A stretch of DNA of 64,000 nucleotides, taken from assembly GCA_964019335.1 (NCBI GenBank), contig OZ025672.1:1-64000 (forward strand), in the 5' to 3' direction. Below are positions 1-12,507 of the stretch, piece by piece. The notes beneath the pieces were generated by a model that saw only the letters and a program-made list of their open reading frames with translations, had not been told where the DNA came from and did no database searches. Every line of letters starts with the position of its first letter. Position 1 is the first letter of the stretch. Made by a program: the position numbers and the translations under genes. The DNA comes from Diplonema japonicum (Eukaryota > Protista > Euglenozoa: Diplonemea).

Positions 1-1050
1 AAGAAACGCCTAAGGTACCAGCGTCTCCAAACACATACCCTTCTCCCCAGGTCGTCATCTGAGCAAAACCCCCCTAGCACCCCGAGGCCCAAGCGAAAAA
101 AGTAAGGAAGTGTCTAACCTATGGGTGGGGTTTTACAATAAATTCCACTTCAATTCCTTATTCTATTCACTTCCCAGGGCCTTTGATGGGCGTCTGGGGG
201 TGTTTTTTGTCCCTCCTGGGTGATGTATTTTCTTTTACACAAGCGTCGTTCTATGGTTGCATGCTCAGGATGTTTTAATTTTAGAAAATAAAAAAGTCGA
301 TGGTGACCTTTTTTTTGCCCAAAAACCCCCGTCCTTTAATGGTTAAAATACCACCCCTAAGAGCTCATTGATGAGACTGATCTTAAACCCTTGGACAGCT
401 TTTGTTCTCTTTAAGAGACCGCTACTAAAGCCTCCGTTGGGGTAGGACCCTTTTTGCAATCTTTGCTGCCTTAACCTGGCCGGGCTTTCCATTTCAACAC
501 GGCAGGTGTCTACCCGTTGTGTTCTGAGCCACTCCAGTTCTGGCATTCATTCTATTCTAGAAGGGCCTGCAGAACGAGCATTGTACCACTTGCACGACCC
601 TCTTCTCCCGAAGTGGACGAATCAATGATTCTCTCCAAAGGCCGGCCTGAGGTACCCGACGTTACATAACTCGAGATGACTTGCTATGGCTCGGGGGCTA
701 ACAAGAAGAGCTTTTTAACATGAAAAGAATTGCATAAAAAAAACCTTTAAAAAGGAAACGATGGAAGAAAACAAAAAAGTAAAAAAGAAAAGAAAACGGG
801 GCTAAAAAAATATAAGAAATGGATTATGGGGAGGGCTGTGCTTCAAATCCGACCAAGGAGCATCTATGTGGTTGGCCATGGGGCTCAGGGTGCCGAGTGG
901 CATGAGTGAGCGGAACGGAACCCCACTTTAGCTGACGTAGTTCTTTAAGAAGCTCCTTAAGAAATGTAGCACGGGAGGGGTGGGCACCTTGCCATTGCGC
1001 TATGAAAGTGTAGCAGAATGGTAGAGTCCCCACCCATTCCCTTCAGCTGC

Positions 1051-2534
1051 TTACTGCAGGGATGCGGCGTTCTTGCGGATGAACTCTTCCATGCCGGCGG
1101 CGTCACGGGCACCATCGTACTTCATGACCTGTGTATGGTGTGTGTGTGTCCCTCCCCCCCCCCCGGGTTGTTTCATACCTTGTTGCTGCCCGACTGCACG
1201 AACATGAGGGTGGGGAAGCCCTGAACATCGAACTCCTTGGGGGTGTCGTTGGCGGTGGCGTCCACCTTGGCGATCACAATGTTCTCGTCAGCCTCGAAGG
1301 TCTTGGCGAGCTCATCGTAGGCGGGGATCATCGACTTGCAGTGGCCGCACCACGGAGCGTAGAACTTGATGAGCACGTCCTTCTTCTCGTCCATCACGAT
1401 CTCCTTGAAGGTGCTTCCCACAAGCACGGTCAGACCGTCCTTGGTGGGCTCGGCGGGGACCTCCTCAGTCTTCACGGTGGCGGTGAGGGTACCCTCAACG
1501 AACTTTGCAACCCAGGGACCAAGCTTCTCGGTGGTGATCTCGGACTTCTCGTCGAAGGCGAAGTGCTCACCGCTGTCGTCAATCCCGAACGCGGGCCAAG
1601 TCTTGCCAGACAGACCCACCCTCTCGGCCATCTGGCCGTACTGGGCACCGCTCAGCCACACCATGCTGATCTTACCCTTGTGTGCCTTGGCGACCTCAGA
1701 CGCGGCGGCCTTGGCGGCGGCGGTGGTCTCGGTGTCAGCGGGGTCCACGAAGAGCCACCCGAGGGGAAGGCCCCTGCTCACGTAGTTCTTGTAGTTGTCA
1801 GGCCCGATCTCGGCGAAGAGACGGAAGCTGGCAGCCTTCACGAAGGGGAGCACCTTCTCGATGTCGAAGTCACCCACGAGCGCCTCCTTCTCGTCGTCGA
1901 ACTGCTTGTAGGCCACAACGGCGGGGGCCTCAACACCCTCAGCAGAGGCGATGTCCTTGCTGTACACGGCGGCGAAGACGTGGTCAGCACGGTTCTGCTT
2001 GGCGAGGGTGGCAAAGGCCTTGGCCTCGGCATCCTCAGCAGAGTTGAAGAACCCAACGACAACAACCTCGGACTCCTTCCTCAGGTCGGCGAGGGCAGCG
2101 GCATCAGCCACGTCCTTCACAGCGGGACCAGACATCTTGCTCACCCAGGCAACGATGTCGTCGCTGGTCCTTCCACCCTCGTAGTCCATGGCGGCACCTC
2201 CCTCAATGAAGGCCTTGATGGTGGGGTAGCCCTGGACACCGTACTCGTTGCCGAGCTCAGTCTCCACAGTGGCGTCGACCTGTTAGTGTGTGGTGCATGG
2301 TGTGGTGTGATGTCTTCATACCATGACAAGGGTGGCCTTACCCTTCAGGGCGGTGGCTGCCTTCTCCCACTCAGGGGTCAACTTCTTGCAGTGGCCGCAC
2401 CACGGGGCGTAGAACTCCACGAGAGTGACACCCTCGCTGATCAGGGTGGGGAAGTTCGCCTTGTCACCAACGACAACGTCGCTGGCGGCACATGCTCCGA
2501 GCATGGCCAGAAGGGTCAGGGATGCACGCATCAT
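1051..2534 (-). CDS. PDI: Protein disulfide isomerase (a-b-b'-a'), 3 exons: 2534-2322, 2279-1179, 1128-1051
   Basis: Signal peptide and two [10 protein letters not shown] active sites. Removing two GT-AG introns joins ORFs 2316-2534 and 1173-2267 and adds the C-terminus VMKYDGARD...NAASLQ*. Confidence 0.95.
1129..1178 (-). other. 50-nt spliceosomal intron in PDI
   Basis: GTATGA...ACACAG; removal gives GSNK|VMKYDG. Confidence 0.85.
2280..2321 (-). other. 42-nt spliceosomal intron in PDI
   Basis: GTATGA...CTAACAG; removal gives TLVM|VDATVETEL. Confidence 0.9.
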
Positions 2535-4280
2535 TTTTATTTCTCGATAACTGTGAAGGCGATTTGAAAGTAAGAATATTAAGATATATGAATCGAACTA
2601 CCAAAGACAATCGCTGCTACCTTCGCAGCCCCTTCCCGAGGTCTGTGTGGCTAAAGCCCGAAGGCATACGCCCGTAACTACCATTCCGCCTGAATGGAGA
2701 TTGGGGCACGGAGAGTAGCAGCACGAAGAAGAAATACGTGAAGAAGTGAACGAAATAGAAGAGAGAAAAAAGTGGAGGTGGGAGTAGGCAAATACGAAAC
2801 TGCCGTAAAAAAAAAAAAAAAAGTGGGGGGAACGAATGAACATATGAAGAATACCCCCTCCCCCCCCCTCCCCCCCAACGTGCTGCGGCTTTTTTGTGCC
2901 CATTTTATTTCCTTATTTCTTCCGTTTTTCTTTTATGTAGAAAAAGGTTGTAAAAAAAGGGGGTGGACAAGGGGGGCATTTAAGCAGAAGTGATACACGT
3001 TCAGAAGGGGTAGGAAGAGAAGGGAAACACTTTAAAGAGGAAAGGGGGGTAGTACATTCCTTTTCTTTTCTTTTTGATTAGGGATCGCAAGGTGTGTGTG
3101 TGTGTGTGGGGGGGGGGGGGGACAACAACACTAGAAAAGATTCCAGATAAGTAATATTTTCAAGGGGACTAAATGCTCCCCCCAACCAAAATCTTTTTAA
3201 AAACTTGTCTTAAACAAAAAAGGGGGGAGGGGGGACGTTACCTAAAAAAAAGGCATATTTGCTACTTGCACACAAAGGTACAAATCAATACGTTGTTTTT
3301 CTTTCTTCTTTCTTTTTTTTTTTTTTTTTTTTTTTTTCTAAAGTCGGATTTTTGTTGAGTGATAATTCTCCTTTTTTCCTTTCTACTCAGGCGACGAAAA
3401 AAAAGAGACATTTATAGAAAAAGGGGGGAAGATGAGTCATTGATGTTTGCTAAGCAGCTGGTATTTATGTAAGGCGACAAACTTGATCTCCTTCCACATA
3501 ACTGTTGACTTCTCTCTTCACCACCAAAGGTTGCTACAAAAAAGAATAATAAACGAAAATATAAATCTCTTTTGTGCTGCCGCAAAGATCATAATCCTAT
3601 GGAAAGTAAGAGTGGGAAAGGGAAGGAAGGGTGGGGCTTGTTACCCGGTCTAGCTAGTTCTATTTTCTTTCTTTTTTTTCACCCCTACTTTTCTTTTTTT
3701 TTATTTTTTTGAAAAAAAAAATCACAATTGGTTTTAAAATAATTATTCGCAAAAAAAAAAAGGAGGGAGGGGCTACCTTGCCCCTCCCTAAGCACTCGGA
3801 ATATGAATTGTTTTGTTTACCTCCTTCTTCTTCTTTTTTTCTTTTATTCAGGAAGAGGAGGGTGGGAAATGAGGTGCAGGGGGAAAATAAAAAAAGAAAT
3901 CTCGCCTCTTCAATACCGTATTTTCGTGACAAAACAAAAATTATTTTTTTATTTCTTCACAATATTTTACTTTCTTTTTTTTTTCTCCACTCCTAACTTT
4001 ATTTCTACACACGCCCCCGCCCAGTAGATCAAATAACCCACGCGAAAAAAAAAGCCGATCTCTTTGTTTTTGTCTCTCCATACCATTCTTCCTTTCATTC
4101 TTTTTCTTTTTGTATTTTGTTGATTGATCTTTTCATTCTTTTCTTTTTTCTTTTACACCTTTTCTTTTTTTCTTCTTTGGTGACAATTGGTCACGCGCCT
4201 TAGAAAAATGAGATGATAGTGGGAAAAAAACAAGAAAAAAGGTGAGGAAAAAAAAAGAAGAAGAAAAAAAGAGAGATTTA

Positions 4281-4312
4281 AAGGGTACCTGCGGTGTGTG
4301 GCAGGACGCCTG
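4281..4312. repeat. Dispersed 32-bp hairpin repeat, copy 1 (copy 2 at 22948-22979)
   Basis: AAGGGTACCTGCGGTRTGTGGCAGGACGCCTG, 31/32 identical; CCTGC/GCAGG stem; both copies are followed by A-runs. Confidence 0.8.
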
Positions 4313-5313
4313 TCCAAAAAATTAATTAGAACAAATAAAAAATTCGCAGTGTTCACCTAATAATCAGGGAAAGAACGGGGTCATATTTACGTCTTGCCTA
4401 TTCTTGCATAAATGGCAGTTAGAGACTCCTTTTGCATTTCCCCTTCGTCTTTACATTTCTTTTTTCTTTTTTTTTTTTATTTGTGCATAGGAAGAAGAGA
4501 GTAAAGACTCCCTAATCTTTTTTTTTTAAAAAAAATGATTTAAAAACGTGCGGGCCCGCGAGAGGTATGGGGAGGGGATCGTGGTGTGCAGGAAAAAAAA
4601 AAAAAAGAAAAAAAAAAAATAATGCAAACCTCATCCCCCTCTACCCTTGATCTTTTTTTTTTTCTGCGGTGCAGAATGTTTTATACACATATGGTCAGTT
4701 AGTTTATACTTGCCCTTTTGGGTCATGTGCACCAAAAGATCTTTTATAAAATGCCGGTATGGGCTCAGTGATGGCAAAGGTACTTGGGTCTCACCTGTAG
4801 AAACCCGCGAAAGCAAGCCTTTCTTTTGACATGTAGATCAATAGCTGGGCAGACAAAAATTCGATAAAGCTCAGTGTGCATGGGGGTGCTACTGTTTATG
4901 TTCATGTTCATGTTCATAAAAATTGACCATATTTGATTTCCCTCCTTTTTTCCCCCTTTTTTTCCCTCTTGTTATCCTCTCCCCCCTCACTCCAAAACAT
5001 CTTTCAAAAAAAAAAATATATGAGTTAACTTAAAGGAAGTCTTTGTGAGACGCCCCCTTGTTCTCATCTTCTACCAAAAAAAAAAAAAAAAAAAAAAAAG
5101 AGATGAGATAAAGGAGGTTCCTGTCTTGGAACGTCCCCCTTGTCTCTTCTTATCTACCCCTTTCTCCCTTCTGGGGCCTCGGCCTTTCTTTCTTTTTTGG
5201 CTGTTGCCTTTCTCAAAGTATCATCTCTTTCTTCTTGCCACTTCCTGCCCAGTTTCTTAAGGTCCTTCTTGGTTTTCTCTGATGCAAAAACTGGCCTTCC
5301 GTTCCATCCATGG

Positions 5314-5360
<47 letters not shown>

Positions 5361-5615
5361 ATATGGTCGTTTATTCAATAGTTATCCCCTAGGTCTGGGT
5401 TCCAGATGAGAAACCATCCACGAGTTAAATAAGTATGGGGACAACTATATAAAAAAAATTAAAATTAAAAAAAAAAAAATAATAATAATAACGGACTATA
5501 TTTTACATAAAAAAAATAAAAGGAGGGAAAAAGGTTCTCAGCAATAACTAAACGGACAACAAATCGAAGGAGAAGAATAGGAAGAAGAACCATAAGAAAA
5601 AAAAAATATATATAT

Positions 5616-6634
5616 GAGCTCGTCCGAAAAAAAATGTCAACACTTTTTTGGGCACCTCCGAAAATTTCTTGTTTTGATTATTTGAGCAAAAAAAGGGCAG
5701 CACGCAACCATAGGAAGATGACATATATGGTGTACATGACGCCGTTCTTTCAATTGCGATGCTTGTTTTGCCATGAGAGTGGCAGGCTTTGCAACCGGTT
5801 GCCCCCGGGAAGCGAAAAACAGATCAGAAAACAGGTCAGAAAAACGACGAAAAATGTTTAAAATGCAGCTTAAAAGCTTGAAATGCAGCGCCTAGGGTGC
5901 ATAAAAGTGGTGAACACACACCTTTGTGACCCCTGGGTACAACCCGGGGTCGGGTTACTGTTAAAAGTACTTAGCGAAGAATATATGGCGTTGCATAGCC
6001 CCCAAAAACCCGGTTTTTTTAGCCCTATTTTTTGTTTTTTCGAGGGGTTCCTAAGGGAATTGGCCTAAAAGGCCCATTTTCCTGAAAACCCAATTCTTAA
6101 CACTTGCCTGCTCAACATCGGTATCTTTGGGGCCATACATGCATTCTCTATCCATCTGCTGAGTTTTGTCATTTCTTTTCTTACTCATGACAAATTAAAA
6201 ATTGAGAAGTTTGCTTTTAAAGGGCCCTTAAGGGATTTTAGCCTAAAATGGGCATTGTAGCCTAAAATAGGCCAAAATGGCAGTATTTTCCCCACCCCAT
6301 TTTAATAGTGATAAAGAGCCCAAACCACCCAAAATGACCCCCTAAGTTTCACAGATTTCCCATCTGCGTCCATTTCTTCTCGCTTTTCAAACAAAAAAGG
6401 GTCATTTACAATTTCCGGATGACAAAAACTAAAAACCATTCTAAAAAGCATGTTTTTGCACGTGCGTTTTAGAAATGAAACAAACGGCGTGCATTGTGAC
6501 CTATATGGTGAACACACTTAGACCGCAATTCTGCACACAAAGTGGTGTCGGACTACTTTTGTACTTAGAAATCTTCCGAGGGTTTTCCGTTGCAAAAGAG
6601 GGTCATTTGTTGACATTCTTTTTCGGACAAGCTC
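5616..6634. mobile_element. Non-autonomous DNA transposon with 27-bp TIRs (GAG...CTC termini, Sola-like)
   Basis: 5616-5642 GAGCTCGTCCGAAAAAAAATGTCAACA is inverted at 6608-6634 with 2 mismatches; ATAT on both flanks; no long ORF. Confidence 0.8.
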
Positions 6635-6790
6635 ATATATATTTATAATAAGAGTTAATGGAGGCCAGTGTTGGCGGCGCCCCGCGGCCGAATTGTAGCT
6701 TCTTGAGGAGGTAACAGCGAACAACACATCTGATGTACTTATTTTTCCATGTTATCCCCACCACCTTATAAAAAAAACTAGTTTAGGATC

Positions 6791-6852
6791 TTACCTAATA
6801 AAATAGCTCATTACGCTGTCATCAACTAGTTTTTAGTCGACAATTATATTGT
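6791..6852. repeat. Dispersed ~62-bp repeat, copy 1 (copy 2 at 10173-10237)
   Basis: TTACCTAATAAAATAGCTCATTACGCTGYCATCAACTAGTTTTTAG..CGACAAT.ATATTGT is near-identical in both copies. Confidence 0.8.
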
Positions 6853-6960
6853 TAAAAAAAAAAAAAAAAGAAGAATCCACCCCCACGTCACGTCAAAATA
6901 AAACAAGTTCCACAGATGACACACAGTGGTGTTCTTTGGAGGAAAAAAAAAAAAAAGAAA

Positions 6961-8051
6961 TAAAGGGGGGGTCCGAATAACCCCTTTATTTGGGCAGTGG
7001 AGGAGGGGTGTTTGGGCTCCAAAAAAAAAGAATTATTTGGAATACACTTATTTGGGTTGTACTTATTTGGGCTGGGGGCCTGCCACATGGAAAGCAGGGA
7101 GCGGGGCTTGGAGCACTTCGGAAATCTTAACATGCCAAATCGTGCCAAGATTTCTTTCATGCCCTTTTTTTTTCCTAAGGGAAATTTTAACAGTTTTTCT
7201 CCCAGGCTGTCGAGAACGCACAAACGTTGCGACAAACCGCCTGGTTTGGCGTTAGGTGGTTGCTGGGGAGGTTGCAGGGGTCTGAGAGGCTTGAGAATCT
7301 GTCGGGTCTTGAGAAGCAGCAAGGGCTTGGGAGGCTGCTGGAGTCTCGTCAGGTGCAGTGTCCATTGTAACACCCGCAACAACGTTCTGTGCTGCACTGT
7401 CTAAAGGGTCCGACCCCTTCAAAGTGCTTACTTCGCTAAGTGCGCTTAGCTGTATGGTCTCCTCGGAACTACCTGCCACACAGAAGCAGCCTCACAATAC
7501 GTACTTTTCCTTTTCAATCGATTGTTATATGTACTTATAAAATATAGTGCGCACTCGAAACAAAGCAAATACTGGATAAGCTGTCAACACATGAATCCAC
7601 GTGCCCTTCCGGCAACGCAGAAGCACCCGGGCCACCCACAAAGCGCCTTCGAACTAAGTAGTTCCGTGAAATTTTGAACCGTTCATCACGAACCATCTAG
7701 CTTCTTGCGTTAAGAAATAAAATAGTCCCCCACAATAACCCCCAGGTGCCAAACCCCGTGGTCCCTGTTCAAAAATGCAAAAGAATTGCTTGTAAGTGCC
7801 CAAAACCAGGCGGAAATACTTTTTGGTCAAAAAAGGGGTGTATACATGGGTTAGGTAGGCTAGTACCCTGCACAGGCGTAACCGAGAAAAACCCGTTGTA
7901 CCCCCCCACCCCCCCGGTCCCCCCAAAAAAAAAGAAAGGGGGTCGGGAATTATTTGGGAAATTTGGAGCGGAAAAATCCCCGGAAAAAAAAAAGAATTAT
8001 TTGGGAAAAAACACATTATTTGGGAGGGAATTATTCGGACCCCCCCCTTTA
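6961..8051. mobile_element. Non-autonomous TIR element (~1.09 kb)
   Basis: TAAAGGGGGGGTCCGAATAA (6961-6980) is inverted at 8031-8051; subterminal TTATTTGG(G) repeats at both ends; outer TA may be the TSD. Confidence 0.75.
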
Positions 8052-8539
8052 GAAGCATATTCGAGAGTATTCACATGTCCTGTTGCGGGACGCGAACTGC
8101 GGTCTCCCTGTGTACCCTACTCAAAAAAAAAAAACTTAACTGGCAAGAACTCGCTTTTTTTTCCTTTCCACATTTCAGTTAGGTTTTTCCCCCTTTTTTT
8201 TTATTTTAAAAAAACTGAAAAGAGAAACAGACAGTAAAAAAAAAGAAAGGCAGGGGACCAGGTAGTGCGGGGAGTGGGGGCACCACCACCATCGTCTCAC
8301 TGCTGTAGAAACAGCCCTTTTGGTCACTCTCACAAAATTACTTCTTTTTCTGCAAAGAAAACAAAAAGAAGAGAGCTGACCTAAGAATAAAGAGAGATTA
8401 GATTGGCCCCGCTAACAGGAGATGGGGAAAGGAAAGAAGGCAGTAAGGAAAGAAAACTCGATCACTTTCTTTTTTCTTTTTTTCTTTTTTCCTCCTGGAT
8501 CCACTGAAGCCCCCGGGTTGTAGTCAGTGGGTCAAGAAC

Positions 8540-8567
<28 letters not shown>

Positions 8568-8570
<3 letters not shown>

Positions 8571-8594
8571 AAAGTGCAGGACAAACCCCCTCAT
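8568..8594. repeat. Dispersed 27-bp repeat, copy 1 (identical copy at 24238-24264)
   Basis: CTCAAAGTGCAGGACAAACCCCCTCAT exact match, next to A-runs. Confidence 0.8.
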
Positions 8595-8884
8595 GGGGCC
8601 GCCCTTGGGTGGGTTGGGGGGGGCTATCTATTTATACTCCCCTTCTGGAGCATTGCTTTCGTTCCAATCGAGGCCTTGAGCGTCTTGCGGAGTCGTGTGA
8701 TGCGGTCTCGCTTGTAAGCGGCTTTCAGTTCCATCAGCTTGTCGTGCGTGGAGTGGGTGGCGAAGATGGGCCTCCTGGCGAAACCCATAGCTTCGTCTGG
8801 CAGGCACCACGTTCTCAGGCACGCCGGGTTGCAAGCATGGTTGCATCGCCTTTCATTTGACGTCAATTTAAAACCCGATTGTAA

Positions 8885-8924
8885 TTAAAAACCCGCGGGT
8901 GATCGGTTAACCCTGGATACTATG
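8885..8924 (-). mobile_element. Isolated terminus of the MITE family found at 28859-29205
   Basis: Minus strand CATAGTATCCAGGGTTAACCGATCACCCGCGGGT matches the MITE left end CATACTACCCAGGGTTAACCATCACCGTCGGGT. Confidence 0.65.
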
Positions 8925-10172
8925 AAAAAAAGAAAGAAAAAAGAAGAAGAAGCGGTTGAAAATTCAGAAAGACGGAAAAGCAGGAAGGGAAAGGGAATAA
9001 CTTAAAGAGGGGGGAGGGCACACCAATTGCTGCCCGAAAAGAAATAGAAAACCCAAGCGCCCACTGGGGCCCTTCTTTTTTTCTTTATAGAACTCCAGTC
9101 AGATTCTCAACTGTGGAGTCGATATAATATTTCACTTTATTTTCATGCTATATTTCAGGCTTGTTGTAGGAGGAAAACAGGTGCAGGAATGAACATTACT
9201 TTATGCATGAATATAAAGTACTTTATATTCACGCTTAGCCCCATTCACTGGTTCGGGTGTGCAAACACGAAAAAGATATCACCCAAGTGGTAGTGGGAAT
9301 CTCACTTTTTTACGTCACTCAAGGATCTGGTGGATAACGAGCCGAGGTGTGCCCCCTGTAATCAAGTAGAGGGCACTCCCACCGGCTTCCTTTAAATTCG
9401 AGTTTTGTTTTTAACATCTTCATCCACGTTGCGCTGAGGCGTAAGGGTGCTTCCCCCCCCCCCCGCCCGCACTTCGCTTGGCAACAAGAATTCAGAGAAA
9501 AAAAAAAGAAAAAAAAAAACAAAAAAAAATCCTTCTAAAAAACCTGGTGAGGTTAGGTAACATACGTCACACCCATTATTGTGCTAATGGTTTACCGGAA
9601 CGCCGCCCTGTTCCCACACTCAAACTCATGACTCGCTTAGGGGGAGGTGTCGTCTGAGAGCTGCTGCCCCAACAACAGAAAAAAAAAAAAAAAAACACAC
9701 ACAGCAGTACTCATAAAAGCGGTGGTTAAAAAAAAAAAAAAGGAAGCGGGACAGAAGTAGGGACATGGGAGGGGACAGAAAAAAAAAATCTTCTTTCCCG
9801 TTTTCCTGTTTCCCACTCCCATAGTATCTTACAGCAGCCCAGGCCTCTGTAAAATAATGCCTTCCGTTCTCCCGACACCGCGTGTCGTGGTACTGTGTAA
9901 ACAACCGGTAGGAGGGAGGGAGAGAGAGAGGGAGCGTAGGGAAGAATGAAAGACATCGGGGAAGGGGAAAAAGAAAAAAAGGTGGGCTTCGCAAAGATCT
10001 GTAAAACAATTCTTTTTTTTTTTTTTTACAAGATCACCGTTCCCCATTTGCTTTTTTGTTTCGTTCCCCCTACATCACTCGTAGCAAAAAAAAAAAAAAA
10101 AAAAAAAGAAGAAGAAAAAAAAAAAAAAACTAGTATGGCTTCATTATTTTGTTTCTGCGCACGAGCGGAATT

Positions 10173-10237
10173 TTACCTAATAAAAATAGCTCATTACGCT
10201 GCCATCAACTAGTTTTTAGCCTCGACAATAATATTGT
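10173..10237. repeat. Dispersed ~62-bp repeat, copy 2
   Basis: Matches 6791-6852. Confidence 0.8.
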
Positions 10238-12507
10238 AAAAACAAAACAAAAAAAAATAATAATATATAGTTGAGTTAAAAAAAGAGGTCTTTTGTGAGA
10301 CACCCGCATGTTCGTGCTCCCGTTCTCAAGAGAGAATAGAAGGGAGGGGGAAGGGGAAAAAAAATCCAGGAAGAGTACTATTCTCTTCCGTCATAGAACA
10401 TCCCCCCCCCCCCCCCCCCCAGCTTCTATAGAACATTCTCTTTAAAAAAATCTTTTTTTTCTTTAAAAAGAAATGATAAGAAATGTGGGGGGGGGGGGGG
10501 TCGGAGATGATTGTTTGAAAAATGTTAAAATCGTTATTTCTTTTCTCTCTTTTTTTTCTTAAAAAAGAGAGAGAGAGAGAGCACACACGATGGGTGGGGC
10601 CAAAACAAAAAAAAAAGAAAAAAAGAAAAAAAGAATATAAGAGTTAAAACGGAGCTCTTGCCACCATCATTTCTTTTTTTTTTATATCATTTCCTTTCAA
10701 ACACAGAAAGGAAGAAGAAGAAAAAATTAAAGACTGTTTCTTTTTAATAAAAAAGAACACCTTCAATTCTTTTGCCCCCCCCCCCCCTCCTCCCCCTTCT
10801 TTCTTTCTTTCTTTCCTCACTCCCTGCTCAAGGAAGCAGTGCTTGATTACAGGGGGCCTGTTAGATGAAGCTCTGTAATTTTCAGTTAAAAAAAAAAATC
10901 CTACTTTTCATATCACTATCTAGGAAAAAAAAAAAGTCAACTCTTTGTAAGATCTCAAGGTACTTCTAATCTTTACGACATTCCCAATGGCAAGCGCCAG
11001 GATAAATCCTAGAATCCGCTTCGCCATTGAAAAAAAAAAAACGTAGCGTTGCTTGGGGGGGGGGGGGGGGGGGGGGGGGGAAGTGGTCGCATGGGGTTCT
11101 GTTCTTTTCTTTTTTCTTTCTTTTTTTTTGTTGGGTTCATCAGCACCACGTGTTCCCAGTCAACCATTATTTCATTATTTTAGCAATTTCCTTTTTCATT
11201 TTTTTTTTTTTCTTCTTTTGCTTTTGTTCAATAGATTCTTTCTTCGCAATTGCTTTGGGCATGCGAGTAATGAAAGCTGCCAGTATACAAAAACAAAATA
11301 AAAAAAAAAAATAGCTATTTGTTGCCAACAATGAGTTGAATTACTTAACTCAAGTTTCCCAAATTTCTGCACGAGGGCCCAGTGTTAAATAATGGCTCAT
11401 TTGGCGGCAAGTAAGTCGTTTTATTTCACTCTTTTCCTCACACGGACCAGCTTCTTTGGGGATTTCCCTAAGGTATTTCGCAGTGGCATTTTAAGGGGAA
11501 GTAAAGCACCTATTCCCACTTTAAGGGCCGGGGGGGGGGGGGTACATTTCTTTACCACGACAAGGCTCATTTTTCTTTCCACTCTGAAGCCCCATAATTT
11601 AACTAGTTTAGGCGTCTCGCGTTAAATTATGATGCCCCCTAGTGAGTGAAAAAAATCACGAAGAGTGAAATAATAACTATTAAAAAAAAAAAGTCAGTTT
11701 TTATGAAGTACCATGCAACCACTACTATTTTTTTTTTTTTTTTTTTTTTTTGCTCTTACAAGAAACTGAGCAAATAAAAAAAATTGTATTTATTGTTTGA
11801 TAGATAGGCTGAGGGATGGCGAAAGGAAGTGGGGGGGGGAGAAATGGAAAAGTAAAGAACTAATGGAATATCAAATTTATATTACTGGGGGGGGATAGGG
11901 GGAAGGGATTAGGGGCAGGGGCAAGGGAGGCTCTTATAAGCACCCCCCCAAAGGCATAAGGCAACGTAGGTACCTTCCATATTCGTAATGCTCTCTGCTT
12001 TGAAGAGCCGTAGCTAAAAACTGAGACGCGCGACAGTACACACTGTAGCTGTCCCTGTTTATGAGCAACAATCAACTGTGAGAAGGGGAGAATGAAGAAA
12101 AGAAAATGAGAAGAAAAAAAAGAAGAAAAAAAAGGGGGGGAAAAAAAAGAACTAGACATTCTAAGCGGTTTTCGCCCTCCAGCTAGTCCTTATTATTCGG
12201 CTTTTCTTCTTCAGCTTTCTTTTTTGTTTTTTGTTTTTTTTTGTTTTTCCCCTCTTTTATTTTTGTCCCTTCTTCTCTTGTTTGGTTTCTTTTTTTTTCT
12301 TTTTTCTTCTCTTTTTCTTTCTTTTTTTGTATTGTTTTTGTTTTTTTTTTTTTAAAAATGGTAGCTATTGTAGTAGGTAGGTTGGAAGGTTTTTTCAGAA
12401 TCAAATAAGAAATGTTGGTAGAGGGGAAATAGGGAAATATGTTTGAAGGGGGGAAAATAGATCAAAAGGTAATTGGTGCAGTAGCTGGAGTAAAGAAGAC
12501 ACCCTTC

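Noticed and set aside
1131-2567. 478-aa plus-strand ORF
   Set aside because: Antisense shadow of the strongly codon-biased PDI gene; no domain features.
2600-12400. Many short F/K-rich ORFs
   Set aside because: They are translations of poly(A)/poly(T) tracts; homopolymer lengths may also be unreliable.
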